From NCBI GenBank assembly GCA_037142195.1, contig JBAXBA010000011.1, positions 1 to 61,331 of the forward strand: a stretch of DNA of 61,331 nt, given 5' to 3'. Below, piece by piece: positions 36,444 through 45,472 of this stretch. The stretch comes from Pseudomonadota bacterium. Lineage in GTDB: Bacteria; Bdellovibrionota_B; Oligoflexia; Oligoflexales; CAIMVM01. A program made the translations under genes and the position numbers. The stretch's first letter is position 1; each line of letters starts with the position of its first letter. A model generated the notes under the pieces. The model was given only the letters and a program-made list of their open reading frames with translations, was not told the origin of the DNA and did no database searches.

Positions 36444-37043
36444 TTAAGCTTTAGAAAAGCGGGAATCTATCTCTTCTATGTCTCTGACAATCTGAGCTAG
36501 GGGGAGTCCTACTACATTGGTATAGCTGCCTTCAATCTTTTCGACAAAACTCGCAGCTAAACCTTGAATTCCATATCCGCCAGCTTTGTCCATGGGCTCT
36601 TGAGTGTCAATATACCGTTGAATGAGTGGGTCAGAGAGTTCTAAAAAATAGACTTGAGTCACTACATGTTTTATCACGGGAGGGCCCAGTGGGGCTAAAA
36701 GACAATAGCCGGTGATCACTTCATGGCATCCGCCTGAGAGACTTTTAAGCATTTCATAGGCATCAGATTGGGATTTAGGTTTTTCGAGCACCCGCCCATC
36801 CTTTACAACAATGGTATCTGCCCCAATGACGATCCAATGGCCTGGACCTTGAAGTTGGGCAATGGAAGAGGCTTTACCAAAACTGTTTCTTTCCACGTAT
36901 TTTGCAGGGGCCTCCCCTACCTGAAGGGACTCTTCAAAAGTGGGACGGCTGATTTGAATCGTCCCTAAAACCGAAGATAACAAGTCCCGCCTTCTGGGGG
37001 ATTCCGAGGCTAAAATAATATTCGTTGGGGTCGCATAAAGCAT
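36444..37043 (-). CDS. maf: Maf-family nucleoside triphosphate pyrophosphatase
   Basis: ILASESPRR, GADT, EKP, DKAGGYGIQG, NVVGLP. Confidence 0.95.
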   Translation of the reverse strand: MLYATPTNIILASESPRRRDLLSSVLGTIQISRPTFEESLQVGEAPAKYVERNSFGKASSIAQLQGPGHWIVIGADTIVVKDGRVLEKPKSQSDAYEMLKSLSGGCHEVITGYCLLAPLGPPVIKHVVTQVYFLELSDPLIQRYIDTQEPMDKAGGYGIQGLAASFVEKIEGSYTNVVGLPLAQIVRDIEEIDSRFSKA

Positions 37044-37088
37044 CGAGTCTTCCTTTATAAAATCAACGGCTAGCACCACCCGGCAGCC

Positions 37089-37709
37089 CTAAGACCTCTC
37101 TTCCATTCCAAATGCCTTCAATTTCTCCAGATCAAAAGCCCCTGCTCTCACCTGTCTATAGGAGCGATCGTCACAAATTTGAATGACCGTCGACGGCGTT
37201 CCAGAAAAAACGGGAGGATGAGAAACGTTAGGTACAAACACATCATACTTTTTGGCAAAAAGCTGAGCCTCTTCCCAGCTTCTTGCGGGTGGCTCCCCGG
37301 AGATATTGACGCTAGTGGAAGGAAGCGGAACCTGAAGTGACTGCAGGACTTGGATCATCCACTGGTCTTGATCTAAAAAAGTAGGCATTCGAAGTGCTAA
37401 GCTCAGGTCTTCACCTAATGGGAAACAAACCGATCGGGCTTGATGAATCACAGTTAAATGAGAGGGCCAGATACCTTCTAGGGCCTGGTGCCAATATTTT
37501 GACACTGGCTTCCAGAATTTAAAGGCCTGATCTAAATTCGAAATAAGTCCAATAAACGGTTTCCCTGCAGGTCTCAATTTAAAACCTAAGAGGGCTTGCA
37601 TAGCCATGGGATTTTCTATGGCACATGTGAGTCCTGGCATGGTTCCGGCCGGATGTAGGCAAACTTTGCCCATCTCTAAGGCCCTCAATAATTCCCTATC
37701 CGCTGACAT
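37089..37709 (-). CDS. Sua5/YrdC (TsaC) family protein
   Basis: K.RP..KP, WP..LT, ALRMP, STSVNISG, PSTV. The N-terminal PT(D/E)TVYGL motif has diverged to PAGTMPGL. Confidence 0.8.
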   Translation of the reverse strand: MSADRELLRALEMGKVCLHPAGTMPGLTCAIENPMAMQALLGFKLRPAGKPFIGLISNLDQAFKFWKPVSKYWHQALEGIWPSHLTVIHQARSVCFPLGEDLSLALRMPTFLDQDQWMIQVLQSLQVPLPSTSVNISGEPPARSWEEAQLFAKKYDVFVPNVSHPPVFSGTPSTVIQICDDRSYRQVRAGAFDLEKLKAFGMEERS

Positions 37710-37755
37710 AGGTGTCCTTGATCGAAGTTTTTAGTTTGTGGGAAAGAACCTTCAT

Positions 37756-39030
37756 CTATTCCACTAACTTGGCGATATCCATGCGCACCTGGGAAGCAGG
37801 CCAAAGGGTCCGAAGTCTATTCACTCTTTGGTAAGCCTTCTTCCTAGCATCCCCAAAGTTTTCACCGTCGGATACCACTACAAAAACCCGGCCTTTTCCT
37901 GTGCTGATTTGAGTTTCATTTGCGATTACAATGGCCGAAGCGAAGACGACCGAATCTTCCTCTTCTTTAAGGTCAGTATGGGATACAAGACTTGCTTCAT
38001 CTTGAGCCTCCCCATAGGGATAGCTTTTTGAGGCAATCACCACGCTTACAGCGGGGCGCAAGTTCGCCGGCTGAAATTCATAGCGCATGAGCCCTAGTTT
38101 GGAAAGAATCATAGAAAGCCAGTCACGAGAATCAGACCATGCCAATACTTCACATTCAGGGTCACCGAAGCGAACATTAAACTCTACTACTTGAGGTCCC
38201 GCTTCACCCCACATGAGCCCCACGTATAAAACACCCGTATATTCAATCCCGCGCTTCTTCAACTCCCTAAGAAGAGGCCATACCACAGCGTCCTCAACCG
38301 TTTTTCCTGCGTCTTTAGGTAGCCAAGGAACAGGCGCGTAGCATCCCATGCCCCCCGTATTGGGACCTAAATCACCATCAAGGAGGCGCTTATGATCGAC
38401 AGCAAAGCAAAGCTCACTAGGACCTTCAGAACCTATAAACGTAAAATAACTACATTCTCGTCCCTCAAGTACCGTTTCTACAACGACTTCACTAGCAGCC
38501 TCTTTCATAGAGCTAAATAAGCGGTCCAGGCCATTCTGAATCTCATCTATAGTGCGGCAAACGAAAACACCCTTCCCAGCAGCTAAGCCGGATGCCTTAA
38601 GCACAGCCCCCCCCGTGCGAGTTAGCATACTGAGACTCACCGCTCTGCACTCCTCTTCAGACCGCGTCACCAGGTACTCTGCGGTGGGAATATGGGCGGC
38701 CTTCATGACCTCCTTTGCAAATGACTTCGAGGACTCTAGTGCTGCGGCCGCCTTCTTCGGGCCAAACACGGGAATGCCCACTAAGTGATCGGCCATCCCG
38801 TCAGCAAGCGGCTGCTCCGGTCCACAAACCACTGCATCTATCTTAAGCCGCAGTATCTCCGCACGTAACTCCTCAAAACTGGCCCCTGCCTTCAGGTCTA
38901 GGGGAATCCCAATCCTTTTGGAAAGCGCATGCCCCGGCCAAACATAAAGTGCCGTCAAAGCGGGCGACTTAGAAAATTTCCATGCAAGAGCATGCTCCCT
39001 TGCTCCGCTACCAATTAACAATATTTTCAT
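37756..39030 (-). CDS. purD: Phosphoribosylamine-glycine ligase
   Basis: GSGAREHAL, GPEQPL, GLAAGKGV, GPNTGGMG, EFNVRFGDPE. Confidence 0.97.
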   Translation of the reverse strand: MKILLIGSGAREHALAWKFSKSPALTALYVWPGHALSKRIGIPLDLKAGASFEELRAEILRLKIDAVVCGPEQPLADGMADHLVGIPVFGPKKAAAALESSKSFAKEVMKAAHIPTAEYLVTRSEEECRAVSLSMLTRTGGAVLKASGLAAGKGVFVCRTIDEIQNGLDRLFSSMKEAASEVVVETVLEGRECSYFTFIGSEGPSELCFAVDHKRLLDGDLGPNTGGMGCYAPVPWLPKDAGKTVEDAVVWPLLRELKKRGIEYTGVLYVGLMWGEAGPQVVEFNVRFGDPECEVLAWSDSRDWLSMILSKLGLMRYEFQPANLRPAVSVVIASKSYPYGEAQDEASLVSHTDLKEEEDSVVFASAIVIANETQISTGKGRVFVVVSDGENFGDARKKAYQRVNRLRTLWPASQVRMDIAKLVE

Positions 39031-39098
39031 AGGTTTTTACCTTCATTTTGAAGCCATGGTTGTAACAAAGTCTCCCCCCTAGTCAAGCCCGATAACTC

Positions 39099-40133
39099 TT
39101 GCCCACATCAAACCTCCAAGGTGTCCCGTATCATAGGAGATGGGAGAATCAAAACATGGGTCTAGTGCAACAGTCCAATCTACATACAGAAAACATAAAC
39201 TATTCAGCAATTGTGCTCACAACATCTGAAAATATGTATCTGGTTGTAAAAGAATTCTTAAAACATACCAAATGCTCGGTCACGGCTCAAACCGCTTCGG
39301 TGCAAACAGCCCTGCAGCACCTGCACTCAGGCAGGGCAAATCTCCTTGTCATCGATGACGGTAATGACACCCCATCCACAGCCTATGTACGGGAGATCAC
39401 TTCTGATCCCATCGGGCTACTCACCCCAATGGTCGTCTTGCTGATGGATAAAAATGCCAATGAAACCATCCATCTCTCTCACTTAGCCAAAATGAAGGTG
39501 ACGAGCAAGCCGCTGACTCCCAGTACCTTTCCACCGTCCTTTGCGAAACTCATTAACCTTTGGTCCACAAATGAAATGAAAGAAATTAGGGAAAAGACAA
39601 AACTTTCCCTTTCAGCAAGTCTTGCTGACCGCAATGACATGCTTCAAAGCCTCCTCAAATATCCTGACACAGCATGCCTTGTCGCAAGAGCCATAGCCCT
39701 GAACCTCCATCAAATGGGAAAAATCAAGGAGGCCGAAGCAATACTCCTCGAGTACATGAGAAAGAACAGCCATGATGTAGGACTTCTAACGACCCTAGGC
39801 CATGTGTATCTCATGTCAGCCATGCCCCTAATCGCAAATAAAATATTTTCCAAAATTCACTCCAAATTTAATGAATCCACAATCGCCATTCCAGATCTCA
39901 TCCAAACCCACCTAATCTTAGATGAATTCGAAAAAACCACAGAACTATTCAGGGTCCTATGTAAAAAAAATTACATGACAAGCCAAACATATCGGCAACT
40001 AGGGAGGCTTTTATATGCATCAGGACGTCACAAAGATGCTTCTTACGCTTTAGCAAGCCAGGAGGGTATCTACCGTCAAATCGAAATGAAATGGAAAGAA
40101 ATTCTCTCTGAACCCATAGAAAAGGCCAGCTAG
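39099..40133 (+). CDS. Degenerate receiver domain + TPR-like helical protein
   Basis: LLVIDD...TPMVVL...KPLT receiver pattern, followed by TPR-like helices. Start uncertain. Confidence 0.55.
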   Translation: MPTSNLQGVPYHRRWENQNMGLVQQSNLHTENINYSAIVLTTSENMYLVVKEFLKHTKCSVTAQTASVQTALQHLHSGRANLLVIDDGNDTPSTAYVREITSDPIGLLTPMVVLLMDKNANETIHLSHLAKMKVTSKPLTPSTFPPSFAKLINLWSTNEMKEIREKTKLSLSASLADRNDMLQSLLKYPDTACLVARAIALNLHQMGKIKEAEAILLEYMRKNSHDVGLLTTLGHVYLMSAMPLIANKIFSKIHSKFNESTIAIPDLIQTHLILDEFEKTTELFRVLCKKNYMTSQTYRQLGRLLYASGRHKDASYALASQEGIYRQIEMKWKEILSEPIEKAS

Positions 40134-41293
40134 TGAATAATAGGTATTTCAAATATTGGAGCATAACAAAACCTGTATTCATTTCTAATGAAAAGAAATT
40201 CTACTCTGAGGGGCCCTTTCAATCCATCTTCGATCGCCTGAAAACTCAGCTCTATATTGGAATGAACTTTCAAATTATAAGAGGCCCTGCAGGTACCGGA
40301 AAATCGACGATATTAAGGGAAATGTCCCGCCAATTGCCAGTTACAGAATGGGATATCCTATCCTTAGGAACGATATCATCAGGCATCGCCCCAAATTCAC
40401 TAACTTCCAAACTATTGGGATTTTTAGACACAACTTCAAGCCAAGACAACACCAAAACCATTCTAGAAATCGTCTCAAGCTTGGAAAGACTATCTAAATC
40501 TAGAAGAAAAATTCTGTGCCTCTTAGACATCAATTCAAGCTCAGAGGAATTAACAAAATTCGAAGGGGAAATAGCTCGAATCCTAGAAGCTGTTCGGCAC
40601 CACAATCTCCCCCTCTACATTATAGCAGCTTGCCCCTCTGAAAAAATGAGCCTCTCGCTTGAAAAGTCAGATTGGACGGGAGAGATTCCAAAACTCACTG
40701 AAGAGGAAGCTACAGGCTACCTTAAATGGTGTCTTATGGAAGCAAGACTAGAACCCTCCCTATTTACTTCTAAAATGATCTCTCAATTCTATCTAGAAGC
40801 CCATGGATCCCTCTTAAAGCTATCACAATTAGCAGAGTCACAGCTTATAGATTTAAGCTTAGATAGGCCGGGCGGGGAATCAAAAAGCGTTGCTTTACAA
40901 TATCCAGATAAAGCAATACAAATTCAAAATAGATCCGAGCCCACTCCAATAACCCACCCATTTAGTAGCGAAACAAGCGAATCTGACCCTGTAAATGCTG
41001 ACGTTGGGACCATGAAAACAACTACCTTAGATGTGTCAGACGATCAAAAAACAATAAAAACCGTCGAAATCAGTTCAAAAAGCATCCATTCAGCTTCTAC
41101 GTCCTACAGATCGTTGAAGCAAATGCGTCAAAAGAAACCATATAACGCACCGAAAACCTCCGATATGGTGCAAGAAAGCAGCCCAATTGAGTTCGAAGAC
41201 GCTTCGCTGGAAAACAAGAAAAAGGATGAAAAAGGCACCAAAAAAAGTTCTACTTCGCTTATATCTCTAGTATCCCTTACTAAGGATATTTAA
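40133..41293 (+). CDS. ExeA-like P-loop ATPase with a low-complexity C terminus
   Basis: GPAGTGKS; LTEEEATGYL...L..A helix; Walker B reads LCLLDI. Confidence 0.65.
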   Translation: MNNRYFKYWSITKPVFISNEKKFYSEGPFQSIFDRLKTQLYIGMNFQIIRGPAGTGKSTILREMSRQLPVTEWDILSLGTISSGIAPNSLTSKLLGFLDTTSSQDNTKTILEIVSSLERLSKSRRKILCLLDINSSSEELTKFEGEIARILEAVRHHNLPLYIIAACPSEKMSLSLEKSDWTGEIPKLTEEEATGYLKWCLMEARLEPSLFTSKMISQFYLEAHGSLLKLSQLAESQLIDLSLDRPGGESKSVALQYPDKAIQIQNRSEPTPITHPFSSETSESDPVNADVGTMKTTTLDVSDDQKTIKTVEISSKSIHSASTSYRSLKQMRQKKPYNAPKTSDMVQESSPIEFEDASLENKKKDEKGTKKSSTSLISLVSLTKDI

Positions 41294-41323
41294 GTGAAAT
41301 TTAGGAAAAGATAAGAAAGACAA

Positions 41324-44300
41324 ATGGAAAAATGGGAGCGATATTTTAAAAAAACCTTAGGGATGGCCATGCAGGTTGTCCTTTCGCCTTTCGTTGCAGT
41401 TATGATCTTAGCGCTCTTTTCCAATACGATGCTTAACAACAAATACTCCCAAACCTATGTACGTAACTTCCTAAATGAACGACTCAAAACGTACGGCGCA
41501 TTCGAGATCGATTTCAAAAAAGTAAATGTCAACATTATGGCGTTACGAATTGATTTTGAAAGTTTAAATTTAATGTCGTCGACCACTGGAGAAACCCTCG
41601 TTAAATTAGAAAAAGGCAGCACGGGAATTTCTATCGTAAACCTAGCATTAGCCAGATTTCAAATGTCAAACCTCAGCATCGATTCCCTCTACATAAATCA
41701 TGAAAAGATATTGGAAAGCATCAAGCCCAACAAATCAAAGTCAAGCGAATCCTTTAGCTGGCCTCCCAACTTCCCAGTGCCAGTAGAGAGAATCAAGATT
41801 GCTCATTTTGCGACAGAAATAGACGCCTACTACCAAGAAGACGATGCTAAAATAGAGATCAAAAATGCCAAAATCGACATGCTCATGTACTCATGGAACA
41901 GCATCAATTTAAAGTTTTCAACACCCGATTTTTCCTATATCTCAGACACCGTGGTACTCGCCAATGACACTGCCATAGATTCCGAGTTCAATTGGAATGG
42001 AACATCACTCGCCATTGTGGGGGCAGATATAGAAAATAAATCTTTAAAACTCTCCACCAACGGAAATATTGATCTCGTTCGAGACAACAAATTATTATCA
42101 CCCATAAGAATATACGCAAAATCAACGGGCACAGGAAATCTGAGTGTCTTAGGGACGTTTTTAGACTTCGAACAAACCAGCGGCAAAGTAAGGCTTTCTG
42201 CAAGTACAGAAGTGGAAATACCTGAAGACGCATCAAAAACTAAATTTATGACCAAGGGCCTGGCCACGCTGGAAGATGCCTGGCTTTACGGCTATTCGCT
42301 CATGGATTCCAAGGTTCAATTTGATGTCAATACCAATAGAATTCGCTTTTCTGACATCGATCTCGCTGAAAATGGCAAATCTTATGGACACGCCTCTGGA
42401 CAGCTATTCTTTGATGATGCCACAAATTACTCATTTGCTATTCAGCCAAAGACTCTACCCCTATCAAAGCTACTTGATATCTTGAGAGTTGATTTCAAAG
42501 CATATGATTTTGACCTAAGCTCCGATGATCTTGAATTAAAAGGAAAAGGATCCCCATTTATGATGACCTTAAAGGGACGTTCAGAACTTAACAAAATGCG
42601 CTTCCCTGAATTTCTAGACGAAAGCATTTCTCAAGACAAAATACCTTCATGTAAGGTAGACATAGACCTCAAAATCAATAGCGATAAGTTGCAATTCCTA
42701 AATAATCTCGGACAGTGTCAAAATCAATCCTCAGTTACTTTTAATGGCCCTATATATTTTTCAAATAGGGGAATAGATTTAGATGTAGGCTTTCATAGCC
42801 CCAATCTAGATATGTTTACAGGATGGGCCCAATACCCTTTAGAGGGAAGCGGAGATATTTCTACAAAAGTGACTGGGCCTTGGTCTGCAATTGAAGTGAA
42901 AAATGAATTTTCGCTACAAAACGCCAAACTCAAAAAAATACCTCTCAATAATCTCTCCGCAGCGACAGTCGTCGATATAAAGCAAAATTTAGTCTCCTGG
43001 AAGAATCTCATTTCAGAAAGCGATTCTAGCAAACTAGTTTCAGAAAAAGGCTTTGTACAGCTGAAAAACCTAAACTTTGAAGCGGAAATCCGAGCTCAAA
43101 ACCTTAAAGACACCTTTCTATCCTCCATCCTTGATATTGTTGACATAAAAACTGAATTTACAACTGAAATCTCTAGCTGGGAAGGATCCATTTCCGGAAA
43201 CCTTCACACTCCAGGCGCTTGGGCTGGAACTGGTAAGATAGACTTAGCAAATACAAAGTTAGGCAGTGAAACTTTACTAAATGAATGTAAATTAGATTAT
43301 GACCTAACGGGAAAGATGCAAAAAATTACAAAAATTGCCTGCCAGTTAGAATCCACTAAACTCTCGGGTAATGCTTCTATCAATCTTACTTCCAGGGGGG
43401 ATGGTAGCCTAAGCAAAATTGGGATCTCTGACTCCGATGAAATCACTCTCGACCTCTCTACGGTCGCCCTTATGGGGATCAACCGAGGGGGGAAAGCCTA
43501 TTCCGACTTAGCAAACCTACCCTATCTCAAGAAGAAGTTAGAATCTTTGGAAATGGATTCTGACATTGACGGAAAGATTTCCATAAGTGGAACCTTCGGG
43601 CACCCCATTGGCGGGGGGGAGCTAAAGCTCACAAATATGATCTATCGAGGTTCGCCAGTCCCGGTTGTAGACGCCAGATTTACACTCGACAAGGGCGACT
43701 TTGATATCGTCGCTTCCTCGGGAGGACGAAGTGCCGATATTCGCTTTGTAGTATCTGCATTTGCTCCCACTACACCTTACAAGCTAAGAATCATCGCGAA
43801 TCAAATGGACCTAAGATGGCTTCTTCCAAAGTCATTCTATCAGAGTCCGACCAACTACCTACTTATCAGCGGTTTTTTGGATATGGAGGGTAACTTTTCA
43901 GAATTCTTCAATTCAAAAGCGTCACTCGAGCTAAAGAACGTCAAAGCGGCCCTCACCGACGTAGAAGGCAAGACGGTTCGCTTTAATACCTCTCCTAATG
44001 AAACCCTTATTCTAAAAGACCAAATTCTCAGCGTGGAAAGCGGCAGCCCCCTCAAGTTTTCTTCAAGTGACTTCAATATGGAAATCGCACCCATTATGGG
44101 AAAACTACCCTCCAACCTTGATTTTAACGCGAGAGGGGAATTTAGCCTGAACTTGGCAAAAATCTTCTCTCCGGCCATGGAAACAACAAACGGAAATATA
44201 AGCTTTGAATCCAGTCTCAAAGGAAATATCTCGAACCCTGCGCTATCTCTTACTTTGGAAAACTCGAAAAATCCAAATTCGGCAGTTTCATTTGGACTAA

Positions 44301-45472
44301 AAGAGCTAAGACCAGCATTCTCTGATGTGGAATTTAGAGCAGAGGTGAACAGTACGGGCCTAAAGATCGAAAAATTTAGCGCTCGCAAAGGAAGCGGAAT
44401 TGTTAAAGCCGAAGGCGATATTTCGTTTGATGCACAAGACTCATCTGGTCTAAAAATTAGCTTTAAAGAGGCATCACTCATTCGAAGCATTCCTTATCTT
44501 AAAGACTTTGATGCCATTCTTTCAGGAAATATCTTAATTAAATCACTCTCGACTCCTACTTCCGTTTCAGGAGATATTGAGATAGTCCGAGCAAGATTAA
44601 ACCGAGAATTTGACATCAGAAATGAAATTATCTCAGCACTTAGAAATGCCAAATTTGATGTCAAAGAAAGCAGAACAAAGGAATCAGCTAAATTAGATAT
44701 TCACTTACATTCGGACGATGGAATATCTATTGTAAATCGAAATATGAACTTAATTCTTGCCTGTGACCTGAAGATATCAGGCACCGACATTGAACCCAAA
44801 ATGCTTGGGCTCATTGAAATCAAGCAAGGGAAGTTTGTCTACCGAACTGACTACAAAATAAGCAAAGGAATCATTTCATTTGACCCTAGTCAAGGGGTAG
44901 ATCCGTCTCTCGATATCTCAGCAAATGCTGACATTGACAAAAGGAGAGTCGATGTCGAGGTTACAGGAAAAGGATCCTCTCCCCTCATTAGCATCTCGGT
45001 AGACCCTCCCACTAAAGACGACGGATCTGTAATTACCGAAACGGATGCAGTGCTATTGGTAACAACCGGATCACTTCCAAAGGCTGGTCGAGGACTGGCA
45101 GATTCTAACCTTAAGTCTGGCGGCCTAAATATAATCGCAGGTCAATTTGAGAAACCTGTGGAGAGACTTTTTGATATGACTGGACAAAAAATTGTTAAGG
45201 GGGTCTACTTTGACACCTATCCATCGAACTCACCGACAAATACGGGCTCACCAGTATTTCGGGCCAACGCTTCGCTTCAAATCGTAGACGATCTTGATTT
45301 TATTATACAAGCCGACCAGCAGCAATCTGGCTTTTCGGCCGAGTATCCCATTGACCCCAATGTAAATTCCTCTGTAAACTACTCTAAGCAAAAGAGCCAA
45401 GAAAGCTTTCAATCTAAAGACGATGAATACGATGCGGGCTTTGATCTACGTTTCCGATTTCAGTTTCCGTGA
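41324..45472 (+). CDS. tamB: Translocation/assembly module TamB (DUF490)
   Basis: N-terminal membrane anchor, long beta-rich body, DPSLDISA and SVDPP motifs, C-terminal DLRFRFQF; upstream of an Omp85 gene. Confidence 0.85.
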   Translation: MEKWERYFKKTLGMAMQVVLSPFVAVMILALFSNTMLNNKYSQTYVRNFLNERLKTYGAFEIDFKKVNVNIMALRIDFESLNLMSSTTGETLVKLEKGSTGISIVNLALARFQMSNLSIDSLYINHEKILESIKPNKSKSSESFSWPPNFPVPVERIKIAHFATEIDAYYQEDDAKIEIKNAKIDMLMYSWNSINLKFSTPDFSYISDTVVLANDTAIDSEFNWNGTSLAIVGADIENKSLKLSTNGNIDLVRDNKLLSPIRIYAKSTGTGNLSVLGTFLDFEQTSGKVRLSASTEVEIPEDASKTKFMTKGLATLEDAWLYGYSLMDSKVQFDVNTNRIRFSDIDLAENGKSYGHASGQLFFDDATNYSFAIQPKTLPLSKLLDILRVDFKAYDFDLSSDDLELKGKGSPFMMTLKGRSELNKMRFPEFLDESISQDKIPSCKVDIDLKINSDKLQFLNNLGQCQNQSSVTFNGPIYFSNRGIDLDVGFHSPNLDMFTGWAQYPLEGSGDISTKVTGPWSAIEVKNEFSLQNAKLKKIPLNNLSAATVVDIKQNLVSWKNLISESDSSKLVSEKGFVQLKNLNFEAEIRAQNLKDTFLSSILDIVDIKTEFTTEISSWEGSISGNLHTPGAWAGTGKIDLANTKLGSETLLNECKLDYDLTGKMQKITKIACQLESTKLSGNASINLTSRGDGSLSKIGISDSDEITLDLSTVALMGINRGGKAYSDLANLPYLKKKLESLEMDSDIDGKISISGTFGHPIGGGELKLTNMIYRGSPVPVVDARFTLDKGDFDIVASSGGRSADIRFVVSAFAPTTPYKLRIIANQMDLRWLLPKSFYQSPTNYLLISGFLDMEGNFSEFFNSKASLELKNVKAALTDVEGKTVRFNTSPNETLILKDQILSVESGSPLKFSSSDFNMEIAPIMGKLPSNLDFNARGEFSLNLAKIFSPAMETTNGNISFESSLKGNISNPALSLTLENSKNPNSAVSFGLKELRPAFSDVEFRAEVNSTGLKIEKFSARKGSGIVKAEGDISFDAQDSSGLKISFKEASLIRSIPYLKDFDAILSGNILIKSLSTPTSVSGDIEIVRARLNREFDIRNEIISALRNAKFDVKESRTKESAKLDIHLHSDDGISIVNRNMNLILACDLKISGTDIEPKMLGLIEIKQGKFVYRTDYKISKGIISFDPSQGVDPSLDISANADIDKRRVDVEVTGKGSSPLISISVDPPTKDDGSVITETDAVLLVTTGSLPKAGRGLADSNLKSGGLNIIAGQFEKPVERLFDMTGQKIVKGVYFDTYPSNSPTNTGSPVFRANASLQIVDDLDFIIQADQQQSGFSAEYPIDPNVNSSVNYSKQKSQESFQSKDDEYDAGFDLRFRFQFP